This document shows positions 1 to 5,766 of a stretch of DNA of 9,732 nucleotides, one piece after another. Origin of the DNA: a virus (lineage: Duplodnaviria; Heunggongvirae; Uroviricota; Caudoviricetes). Location of the stretch: IMG/VR virus record IMGVR_UViG_2703718824_000010, positions 1 through 9,732 of that record; one strand, written 5' to 3'. The position numbers and the translations under genes were made by a program. The number at the start of each line of letters is the position of its first letter. Position 1 is the stretch's first letter. Below the pieces are notes generated by a model. The model had not been told where the DNA came from. It ran no database searches and worked only from the letters and a program-made list of their open reading frames with translations.

Positions 1-1
1 G

Positions 2-94
2 CAGCGGTCGGCAGGCGCTAAGGCAGAACTGGCACTGGCGGAGAAACTGGGGCATGCAGTTATTTTCCAGGAGGCAACCAGTGAGTGGGATTAA
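2..94 (+). CDS. 3' end of an upstream gene (partial, start outside window); unknown function
   Basis: Frame 2 is open from the window edge to TAA at 92..94. It competes with the 5' end of the next ORF, so only one of the two readings is real here. Confidence 0.3.
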   Translation, partial: QRSAGAKAELALAEKLGHAVIFQEATSEWD

Positions 95-425
95 TTATCA
101 GGCGCTGCGTGAGGCGGCACAAAACTATCAGTCGATGCTGGCGTGGTATCAGGAGAAACCAGACAGTCCAAACGCTGAGCAGGATTGTGATGCAGCTTTG
201 GCTGCGTTTAAGTGTGAAATCCGTCATCGTGAAGTGGATATTATCGCTGATTTGCTGGATGAACTGGAGGAAGCAAAACAGCGTATCGACGAGCAGGAGT
301 CCCGCATAGTGAAGTTACCAGAACCATTCAAGCTGGCTAAATCATCAAGTGGATTAACGTACTACTACGCTGATGAGGTCAATGCCGCACTGACTGCTGC
401 TGGTATTCGCATAGAAGGAGAGTGA
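54..425 (+). CDS. hypothetical phage nin-region protein (123 aa; alternative GTG start at 81)
   Basis: ORF with ATG at 54 preceded by GGAGA (40..44). An alternative GTG at 81 is preceded by a better AGGAGG (69..74, 6-nt spacer). Stop TGA 423..425 sits directly before the next gene's start. No family recognised by eye. Confidence 0.6.
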   Translation: MQLFSRRQPVSGINYQALREAAQNYQSMLAWYQEKPDSPNAEQDCDAALAAFKCEIRHREVDIIADLLDELEEAKQRIDEQESRIVKLPEPFKLAKSSSGLTYYYADEVNAALTAAGIRIEGE

Positions 426-426
426 G

Positions 427-795
427 ATGACCACTATTACCAAAGAGCGACTGCAATGGCTGGCTAACATTTCTGGCCGCGATGACATTGACGATATAGA
501 CGGCGGTGAAATTCGTGAGCTGGCGCTTATCGCACTGGCATCGCTGGAAGCAGAGCCAGTGGCAAAGATTATAGCTCATTACCCATTAGGAGTTGACGTA
601 GGCAAACAAAAGTTCGTACAGGCCATTGGAGAGCTTCCTGACTTTGGCGGATATCTATTTGCCGTCCCGCCAGCGCTGGTAGTGCCTGATAAGTCGCCGC
701 GTGAATACATAAGAGGTTGGCCTCTTGCGCATAGTGATTATGCTGAAGGATGGAACGATTGCCGTGCTGCAATGCTTAATGGAGATAAATCATGA
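427..795 (+). CDS. hypothetical phage protein (122 aa)
   Basis: ATG 427 follows the upstream stop by 1 nt and is preceded by AAGGAG (415..420). Acidic N-terminal region. The stop overlaps the next start (ATGA at 792..795). Confidence 0.7.
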   Translation: MTTITKERLQWLANISGRDDIDDIDGGEIRELALIALASLEAEPVAKIIAHYPLGVDVGKQKFVQAIGELPDFGGYLFAVPPALVVPDKSPREYIRGWPLAHSDYAEGWNDCRAAMLNGDKS

Positions 796-1145
796 TTGAT
801 CGAACCAAACTGGAGCACATCCTCGAATATGCCAGGCAGCAGAGGCATATTGGTCAGCATTGTAAAATTCCACCAGGAGATATGGTTGAAATCATGGAGA
901 TTGCCATGTGCAAGGCTGGCAATTCTCCGGTAACTCCGGATGGTTGGATAAGCTGTAGTGAGCGAATGCCGCCAGTTGGTGTTGATGTACAACTGTTTGT
1001 GTCCAGCACGGGGGAACAGTTTACAGGTTTTAACCTGGATAATACGGGTGACTTCCAGTATGCGCAGTGTTTCGGTGCGCCTATCGTGTGTGAAGCCACA
1101 CACTGGATGCCGCTACCAGAACCGCCGAAGGAGGTGCGCCAATGA
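792..1145 (+). CDS. DUF551-like phage protein (117 aa)
   Basis: ATG 792 overlaps the upstream stop, with GGAGA at 782..786. The C-terminal THWMPLPEPPK matches my recollection of DUF551 prophage proteins; this is recalled, not searched. Confidence 0.65.
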   Translation: MIDRTKLEHILEYARQQRHIGQHCKIPPGDMVEIMEIAMCKAGNSPVTPDGWISCSERMPPVGVDVQLFVSSTGEQFTGFNLDNTGDFQYAQCFGAPIVCEATHWMPLPEPPKEVRQ

Positions 1146-1225
1146 GCTGGCCTGAGGCCTTCTCAAATGTTGGTATTGCAATGGCGGTGGCGCTGGTGGT
1201 GTATTCGATTTGCCGCTGGGGATAA
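1142..1225 (+). CDS. small hydrophobic peptide, 27 aa (MSWPEAFSNVGIAMAVALVVYSICRWG), putative single-pass membrane peptide
   Basis: Strong SD AAGGAGG (1128..1134), 7-nt spacer, ATG 1142 overlapping the upstream TGA (ATGA coupling). Hydrophobic core consistent with one transmembrane helix. Below the 60-aa cutoff of the ORF track. Confidence 0.45.
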   Translation: MSWPEAFSNVGIAMAVALVVYSICRWG

Positions 1226-1317
1226 AAACGGTTTGCGGGGAAAGAAGAGTTAAGTAGAATTGCTGCGGGTGCTTGAGGCTGTCTGCCTCGGGCATGCCGC
1301 CGTAAGGCAGACAGAGA

Positions 1318-1395
1318 AAAGCCCCAGTTAACATTACGCGTCTTGCAGGACGCTTAACATTAATCTGAGGCCCAATCTATGCTTCACAAACGTAG
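1318..1395 (-). ncRNA. candidate Sok-like antisense RNA opposite the mok start region
   Basis: Minus strand has a possible promoter (TTGCCT, 17 nt, TAACCT) right of the mok start and an imperfect hairpin followed by a U-run (GGGGCUUUUCUCUG) ending near 1320. Placed by analogy to hok/sok; boundaries approximate. Confidence 0.3.
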
Positions 1396-1591
1396 GTTAG
1401 CCTCTTACGTGCCGAAAGGCAAGGAGAAGCAGGCTATGAAGCAGCAAAAGGCGATGTTAATCGCCCTGATCGTCATCTGTATTACCGTTGTTGTGACGGC
1501 ACTGGTAACGAGGAAAGACCTCTGCGAGGTACGAATCCGAACCGGCCAGACGGAGGTTGCTGTCTTCGTAGACTACGAATCTGAGAAGTAA
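1379..1591 (+). CDS. Mok-like in-frame N-terminal extension of hok (70 aa)
   Basis: ATG 1379 is in frame with hok and adds 19 codons (MLHKRRLASYVPKGKEKQA), the arrangement recalled for chromosomal mok/hok pairs. Weak SD CTGAGG upstream. Confidence 0.45.
   Translation: MLHKRRLASYVPKGKEKQAMKQQKAMLIALIVICITVVVTALVTRKDLCEVRIRTGQTEVAVFVDYESEK
1436..1591 (+). CDS. hok: Hok/Gef family type I toxin (51 aa membrane peptide)
   Basis: MKQQKAMLIALIVICITVVVTALVTRKDLCEVRIRTGQTEVAVFVDYESEK: transmembrane segment followed by the TRKDLCEV.IRTGQTEVA motif characteristic of Hok/Gef/RelF. SD AAGGAGAAG (1421..1429) before ATG 1436. Confidence 0.85.
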   Translation: MKQQKAMLIALIVICITVVVTALVTRKDLCEVRIRTGQTEVAVFVDYESEK

Positions 1592-1600
1592 GAGTGACCA

Positions 1601-1622
1601 GGCGAGGGAGAAATCCCTCGCC
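1601..1622 (+). other. 9-bp stem-loop just 3' of hok (GGCGAGGGA / GAAA / TCCCTCGCC), possible mRNA 3'-end fold-back element
   Basis: Perfect 9-bp inverted repeat with a 4-nt loop, 10 nt after the hok stop. No U-run follows, so it looks more like a stabilising or fbi-like element than a classical terminator. Confidence 0.45.
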
Positions 1623-1712
1623 ACCTCTGATGTGTCAGGCATCCTCAACGCACCCGCGCTTTACCATACTGAAAATGCTGTTTGAATGTTCATTTCTGAA
1701 AGAGGACTATGA

Positions 1713-2057
1713 ATGAAAAAGGTATTGATTGCAGCACTTATTTCCGGTGTGTCTTTTGGCGTTTTTGCACAGCAGGGTGGTTTCCAGGGGCCTGAAGCAG
1801 AGCGTTCAACAGTAGCGCAGGCAAAAGAACTGAAGGATGATGCATGGGTTATCCTTGAAGGGAGCATCATTAAAAAAGTGGGTGATGAACGTTATGAGTT
1901 TCGTGACAATAGCGGGACAATTGTCACGGATATTGATGACAGCGTATGGGCCGGGCAGAATGTTTCTCCGAAAGACAAAGTAAGAATTGAGGGTGAAATT
2001 GATAAAGACCTGAGCAGTGTTGAAGTTGATGTAAAGGCACTGAAATTATTAAAGTAA
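1713..2057 (+). CDS. YgiW/YdeI (BOF, DUF388) family OB-fold periplasmic protein with signal peptide
   Basis: SD AAGAGGA before ATG 1713. N-terminal signal peptide MKKVLIAALISGVSFGVFAQQ. The mature part (GFQGP...AWVILEGSIIKKVGDERYEFRDNSGTI.V.ID...V.IEGE.D) matches the YgiW-family pattern. An intrinsic terminator follows. Confidence 0.85.
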   Translation: MKKVLIAALISGVSFGVFAQQGGFQGPEAERSTVAQAKELKDDAWVILEGSIIKKVGDERYEFRDNSGTIVTDIDDSVWAGQNVSPKDKVRIEGEIDKDLSSVEVDVKALKLLK

Positions 2058-2075
2058 CCGTCCCGGCTTGCTAAG

Positions 2076-2102
2076 CCCGTCTTACTGACGGGTTTTCTGT
2101 TT
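2076..2102 (+). terminator. rho-independent terminator after the ygiW-like gene
   Basis: CCCGTC / TTACT / GACGGG stem-loop followed by TTTTCTGTTT. Confidence 0.6.
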
Positions 2103-2179
2103 GTACATTCCAGGCGTATTGACTTACAATTCGCGCCGTCAGCCTGAACAACTGACACCTGCTGTCACCGGAGAATCCG

Positions 2180-2452
2180 ATGACACAACACATAAAATCC
2201 CACAATTCTGAAGCCGACCCGGAAATTAAGCGGGGGTGGCGTTTTCGTACGCCTCAGTATGGCTGGTTTCACTATCTGTTCTGTACGACCGATGAGGCAG
2301 ATATGCTTCAAGAGGCGTATCTGCGTCGCGGTGTCCGTGTGGAGCGGAGTCTGAACGTTGATCGTCTGACCTGGACCGTTTCTGTATATCTTCCTGTTCG
2401 CGCACATCTGCCACGAACAAATGCCTGCTACCGTCAGCGTGTCTGGAGATAA
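2180..2452 (+). CDS. hypothetical phage protein (90 aa)
   Basis: GGAGA (2170..2174), 5-nt spacer, ATG 2180. Stop TAA 2450..2452 abuts the next gene's GTG at 2454. No family recognised. Confidence 0.55.
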   Translation: MTQHIKSHNSEADPEIKRGWRFRTPQYGWFHYLFCTTDEADMLQEAYLRRGVRVERSLNVDRLTWTVSVYLPVRAHLPRTNACYRQRVWR

Positions 2453-2453
2453 T

Positions 2454-3503
2454 GTGCGGGTATTACTTCGACCTGTTCTGGTCCCGGAACTTGGCCTGGT
2501 GGTCATTAAGCCAGGTCGCGAATTACTGCCGGTTTTTCATCGCGGCAGGGTGCTGGTGGAGCCGGAACCCAAAAGCATGCGGAGTTTGCCGTCCGGGGTT
2601 GTTCCTGTCGTTTGCCAGCCGCTGGCTGAGGATAAATCATTACTGCCATTTTTCAGCAATGAACGGGTGATTCGTGCCGCTGGCGGTGCTGGTGCGCTGT
2701 CTGACTGGTTATTACGTCACGTGAAATCCTGCCAGTGGCCACATGGCGATTATCATCACAGCGAAACCGTCATTCACCGTTATGGTACCGGCGCGATGGT
2801 GTTGTGCTGGCACTGTGACAACCAGCTGCGCGACCAGACATCAGAATCACTCGATCAACTTGCTCAGCAGAATCTGGTTGCCTGGATGATTGACGTCATC
2901 CGTCATGCAATAAGCGGTACGCAGGAGAGGGAGTTATCGCTGGCCGAATTATCCTGGTGGGCGGCCTGCAATCAGGTGGTGGATGCATTACCTGAGGCAG
3001 TAGCGCGTCGTTCGCTGGGATTACCAGCGGAAAAAATCCGCTCCGTATACCGTGAGAGTGACATCGTACCGGGAGAACAGACAGCCATCAGCATACTGAA
3101 GCAGCGCACAAAAAATATTGCGCTGCCACTTCACGTCCACCAGCAACAAAATCCACCACAGAAAAAAACGGTTGTCAGTATCGCTGTTGATCCGGAGTCT
3201 CCTGAATCGTTCATGAAGCGGCCTAAACGTCGCCGTTGGGTTAATGAGAAATACACGCGCTGGGTAAAGACACAGCCGTGTGCGTGTTGTGGTAAGCCTG
3301 CTGACGATCCGCATCACCTGATTGGTCATGGTCAGGGGGGAATGGGGACAAAGGCCCACGATATTTTCACGCTACCGTTGTGCCGGGAACATCACAACGA
3401 ACTTCATGCAGACCCGCTGGAGTTTGAGAAAAAGTACGGCTCTCAGGTTGAGTTAATTTTTCGTTTTCTTGATCACGCCTTTGCAACCGGCGTGCTTGGG
3501 TAA
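2454..3503 (+). CDS. DUF968 / NinG-like prophage protein with C-terminal HNH-type Cys/His motif (349 aa from GTG 2454; the ORF track's ATG 2421 would overlap the upstream gene)
   Basis: Long ORF whose C-terminus carries CACCGKP..DPHHLIGHG.......C.EHHNELH, a zinc/HNH-like signature. GTG 2454 is preceded by GGAGA (2444..2448) and starts 2 nt after the upstream stop. Resemblance to Qin-prophage YdfU-type proteins is recalled, not searched. Confidence 0.7.
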   Translation: MRVLLRPVLVPELGLVVIKPGRELLPVFHRGRVLVEPEPKSMRSLPSGVVPVVCQPLAEDKSLLPFFSNERVIRAAGGAGALSDWLLRHVKSCQWPHGDYHHSETVIHRYGTGAMVLCWHCDNQLRDQTSESLDQLAQQNLVAWMIDVIRHAISGTQERELSLAELSWWAACNQVVDALPEAVARRSLGLPAEKIRSVYRESDIVPGEQTAISILKQRTKNIALPLHVHQQQNPPQKKTVVSIAVDPESPESFMKRPKRRRWVNEKYTRWVKTQPCACCGKPADDPHHLIGHGQGGMGTKAHDIFTLPLCREHHNELHADPLEFEKKYGSQVELIFRFLDHAFATGVLG

Positions 3504-3515
3504 AAGAGGTTACTG

Positions 3516-3878
3516 ATGCGTATAGAGTTTGTTTTGCCTTATCCGCCGACGGTGAATACTTACTGGCGACGTCGTGGCAGCACATATTTTATATCTGAGG
3601 AGGGAAAGTGCTATCGCCGGGCAGTGGCGCTTATTGTTCGCCAGCAGCGGCTGAAATTAAGCCTGTCCGGAAGGCTGGCGATAAAGGTGATTGCAGAGCC
3701 ACCGGATAAGCGCCGCCGTGACCTGGATAATATCCTGAAAGCGCCGCTGGATGCGCTGACGCATGCAGGGTTGTTAATGGACGATGAGCAGTTTGATGAA
3801 ATCAATATTGTACGTGGCCAGCCAGTATCTGGTGGACGGCTGGAGATAAGAATTACAGAGGTGGGTGTGCATGAATAA
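3516..3878 (+). CDS. rusA: RusA Holliday-junction resolvase (120 aa)
   Basis: AAGAGG before ATG 3516. The size and the motifs PPT.N.YW....G, DKRRRDLDNILKAPLDALTHAG.L.DD and GGRLEI.ITE match RusA, including the catalytic acidic-residue region. Confidence 0.9.
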   Translation: MRIEFVLPYPPTVNTYWRRRGSTYFISEEGKCYRRAVALIVRQQRLKLSLSGRLAIKVIAEPPDKRRRDLDNILKAPLDALTHAGLLMDDEQFDEINIVRGQPVSGGRLEIRITEVGVHE

Positions 3879-4560
3879 CCAGTATTTACAGTTTGTTCGT
3901 GAGCAACTCATGATTGCCACTGCGGATCTCAGTGTGTCGATAAAAGGCCAACTGGAAGCCTGGCAGGAAAATGCACTGTTCGATACAGGGCGTTACAGAC
4001 GCAAAAAAATTCGTTACCGCGATGAGGTAACCGGAAAAATGATCACGCGGGATAACCCACCGATCCCGGGTAAACAATCACTGGCGAAAGGGACGTCAAT
4101 TGCTCTGGTCAGTCCGGTTGAGTTTTCGACATCATCATGGCGACGTGCAGTTCTGGAACTGGAAGCGCATCAGAAGGCGTGGTTGTTGTGGTGTTACGGC
4201 GGAAACATTTGCTGGGAGTATCAGATTGCGATAACGCAGTGGGCGTGGAATGAATTTAATACTCAATCCGGTACCAGAAAAATAGCTGGGAAAACGCTGG
4301 AACGTCTGAAGAAGTTGATCTGGCTGGCGGCGCAAGCGGTAAAAGCTGAGCTTTTTGGTGGGGAAGGTTATGAATACCGGGATCTGGCATCACTGGTGGG
4401 AGTGACATCAAAAAACTGGTCTGAGACATTTACTGAACGCTGGGTTGCAATGAAGCACATTTTTCTACAGCTTGATAGCCAAGCTTTATTGCTTTTAACG
4501 AAAACACGTTCAAAACAAAAGACCACATTTTCACAGCAAAATATTGCAAAACTGGATTAA
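3865..4560 (+). CDS. putative late-gene antiterminator Q-like protein (231 aa; possible start at ATG 3871)
   Basis: Assigned mainly by position: immediately after rusA, and its 3' end overlaps a strong sigma70 promoter followed by a nearby terminator, the pR'/tR' arrangement. No Q zinc-finger motif could be confirmed by eye, so the family is uncertain. Confidence 0.5.
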   Translation: MCMNNQYLQFVREQLMIATADLSVSIKGQLEAWQENALFDTGRYRRKKIRYRDEVTGKMITRDNPPIPGKQSLAKGTSIALVSPVEFSTSSWRRAVLELEAHQKAWLLWCYGGNICWEYQIAITQWAWNEFNTQSGTRKIAGKTLERLKKLIWLAAQAVKAELFGGEGYEYRDLASLVGVTSKNWSETFTERWVAMKHIFLQLDSQALLLLTKTRSKQKTTFSQQNIAKLD

Positions 4561-4572
4561 AAAGCATATATT
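4544..4572 (+). promoter_or_regulatory. candidate late promoter pR' (-35 TTGCAA, 17-nt spacer, -10 TATATT)
   Basis: Near-consensus sigma70 hexamers with ideal spacing overlap the stop of the Q-like gene. The predicted start near 4579 would give a roughly 70-nt transcript ending at the terminator at 4623..4649. Confidence 0.5.
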
Positions 4573-4622
4573 TCATGTAAATCTGATATTTTGCCGATTT
4601 TGTACGCGATGGCAAAGTAAGC

Positions 4623-4649
4623 AAACCCCGCCGCCGAGCGGGTTTTTTT
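4623..4649 (+). terminator. rho-independent terminator (tR'-like)
   Basis: AAACCCCGC / CGCCGA / GCGGG followed by seven T residues. Confidence 0.7.
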
Positions 4650-4753
4650 GTTGGCTTAACAGGTTATAATGTACAGTGCGAAACTGCCTGTTCAGCAGAA
4701 TCATTTTGTTTGTAGTGGAGTTCACAAGTCGTCATTATCAGGCAAAGAGATTT

Positions 4754-5155
4754 ATGGTGTTAAAGTATCAGCCGTCTGTTCGTTCTGTTTTAATGTGTGA
4801 TTTTCGGGGAATGGTTGTTCCGGAAATAGTCAAGGTCAGGCCAGTGGTAGTCGTGTCCAGAAACAGACACAACAATCAATTGGTAACAGTGGTACCAATA
4901 AGCACTACTGAACCGATTCCTCGCAGAGATTGCCATCATGAGTTATCAGAAAACCCCATCCCTGGTAATGAGCATATTACTTGTTGGGTAAAATGTGACA
5001 TGTTGATGACGGTTTCATTGAGCCGACTGGATCGCATAAAAACTAGAACCTGGGAGGGGCGAAATTATATTGTTCCTATGATTGCGGAAGATGAGTTTGA
5101 GAATATTAAACGGGCGGTATTGCACGGGATAGGGATGGCTTATCTGTATCGATAA
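4754..5155 (+). CDS. MazF/PemK/Kid-fold protein, putative endoribonuclease toxin (133 aa), with no adjacent antitoxin gene
   Basis: AAAGAGA before ATG 4754 (the track's longer ORF from 4676 lacks an RBS). VLMCDFRGMVVPEIVKVRPVVVVSRNRHNNQLVTVVPISTTEP follows the PemK/MazF N-terminal pattern (..DF.P..G.E....RP.vVvS ... vvP.T) as recalled. Confidence 0.65.
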   Translation: MVLKYQPSVRSVLMCDFRGMVVPEIVKVRPVVVVSRNRHNNQLVTVVPISTTEPIPRRDCHHELSENPIPGNEHITCWVKCDMLMTVSLSRLDRIKTRTWEGRNYIVPMIAEDEFENIKRAVLHGIGMAYLYR

Positions 5156-5172
5156 TCGAAAACGATTATCGA
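5149..5172. repeat. perfect 10-bp inverted repeat with AAAA spacer (TCGATAATCG aaaa CGATTATCGA), operator-like palindrome overlapping the stop codon
   Basis: Read directly from the sequence. With flanks, four TCGA tetramers lie within about 30 bp. No U-run follows, so it is not a typical terminator. Confidence 0.6.
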
Positions 5173-5190
5173 ATTCGATATGAATTTATA

Positions 5191-5219
5191 TTGACACACA
5201 TAGTGTGTTGACTGATACT
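5191..5219 (+). promoter_or_regulatory. candidate sigma70 promoter (-35 TTGACA, 17-nt spacer, -10 GATACT) with AT-rich upstream flank
   Basis: Consensus -35 and acceptable -10 with an AT-rich UP-like stretch (TATGAATTTATA). It points into a leader carrying an SD and two terminators. Confidence 0.5.
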
Positions 5220-5308
5220 GTCGCTGTACCCTGATGGGACTTGTGAGACTTCCGAACTGGAAGCCAGGAGTAGCAATAAGGTGATGACAAGCCTGCTGCC
5301 CCTGTGTA

Positions 5309-5340
5309 AAAGGCACCTTAATGGTGCCTTTGTCGTTTTT
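5309..5340 (+). terminator. intrinsic terminator 1 in the leader (AAGGCACC / TTAAT / GGTGCCTT + TGTCGTTTTT)
   Basis: 8-bp perfect stem followed by a T-rich tract. Confidence 0.55.
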
Positions 5341-5350
5341 ATCAAAAGAT

Positions 5351-5375
5351 CCCCGCCACTGGCGGGTTTTTTTTT
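5351..5375 (+). terminator. intrinsic terminator 2 in the leader (CCCGCC / ACT / GGCGGG + nine T)
   Basis: GC-rich hairpin followed by nine T residues. The pair forms a tandem terminator about 90-150 nt downstream of the 5191..5219 promoter. Confidence 0.7.
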
Positions 5376-5418
5376 CAAAATATTGGTGTGTCACGTTAAC
5401 CGGAAAAAGGAAAAAGAC

Positions 5419-5616
5419 ATGCTGAAACAGCAGGATATGACAGAAACCGCCAGAGTGGTGTTTAATGAATTAAGTGCCACCGAACCGGCGACAGTCGGGG
5501 AGATTGCGCAGAATACTTATCTTTCACGTGAACGCTGCCAGTTAATACTGACCCAGCTTGTTATGGCGGGTCTGGCAGACTATCAGTTCGGTTGTTACAG
5601 ACGCCTTCAGTCCTGA
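5419..5616 (+). CDS. small winged-helix DNA-binding protein, PapI/FaeA-like (65 aa)
   Basis: ATG 5419 has only a weak AAGGA upstream. TVGEIAQNTYLSRERCQLILTQLVMAGLA resembles the PapI/FaeA recognition-helix region as recalled. The stop lies inside a terminator hairpin. An in-frame upstream GTG/ATG (5281/5284) with strong AGGAG would read through both leader terminators. Confidence 0.6.
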   Translation: MLKQQDMTETARVVFNELSATEPATVGEIAQNTYLSRERCQLILTQLVMAGLADYQFGCYRRLQS

Positions 5617-5628
5617 AGGCTTTTTTAT
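5603..5628 (+). terminator. rho-independent terminator after the small wHTH gene
   Basis: GCCTTCA / GTCC / TGAAGGC followed by TTTTTT. Confidence 0.6.
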
Positions 5629-5766
5629 TTGTGGTAAATGGGCGGCTGGTGGGTGTTAGGGGCACTCACCAGCCATCTGCTCATGCGTCCGGATCACAAG
5701 CAAACCTCAGGCCCACTGCTTTGCGCAAAAGCAGAATGAGCCTATCAGAGACAGGCTTAATGATCC

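Noticed and set aside
85-309. 74-aa + strand ORF in an alternative frame inside the first gene
   Set aside because: Arg/Cys/Trp-rich low-complexity translation, fully nested in the better-supported frame, with no RBS.
2100-2131. Possible sigma70 promoter (TTGTAC, 18 nt, TACAAT) before the 90-aa gene
   Set aside because: The hexamers are mediocre, and the region is likely transcribed by read-through in a nin-type operon, so it is not reported as a feature.
2421-2453. ATG 2421 start for the DUF968-like gene
   Set aside because: It would overlap the upstream 90-aa gene by 32 nt and lacks an SD. GTG 2454 has GGAGA upstream and abuts the upstream stop. This is uncertain and either could be correct.
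4676-4753. N-terminal 26-codon extension of the MazF-like ORF (track start 4676)
   Set aside because: There is no RBS at 4676, which lies immediately after the terminator and a TATAAT. The internal ATG 4754 has an RBS and begins where the MazF/PemK-like similarity starts.
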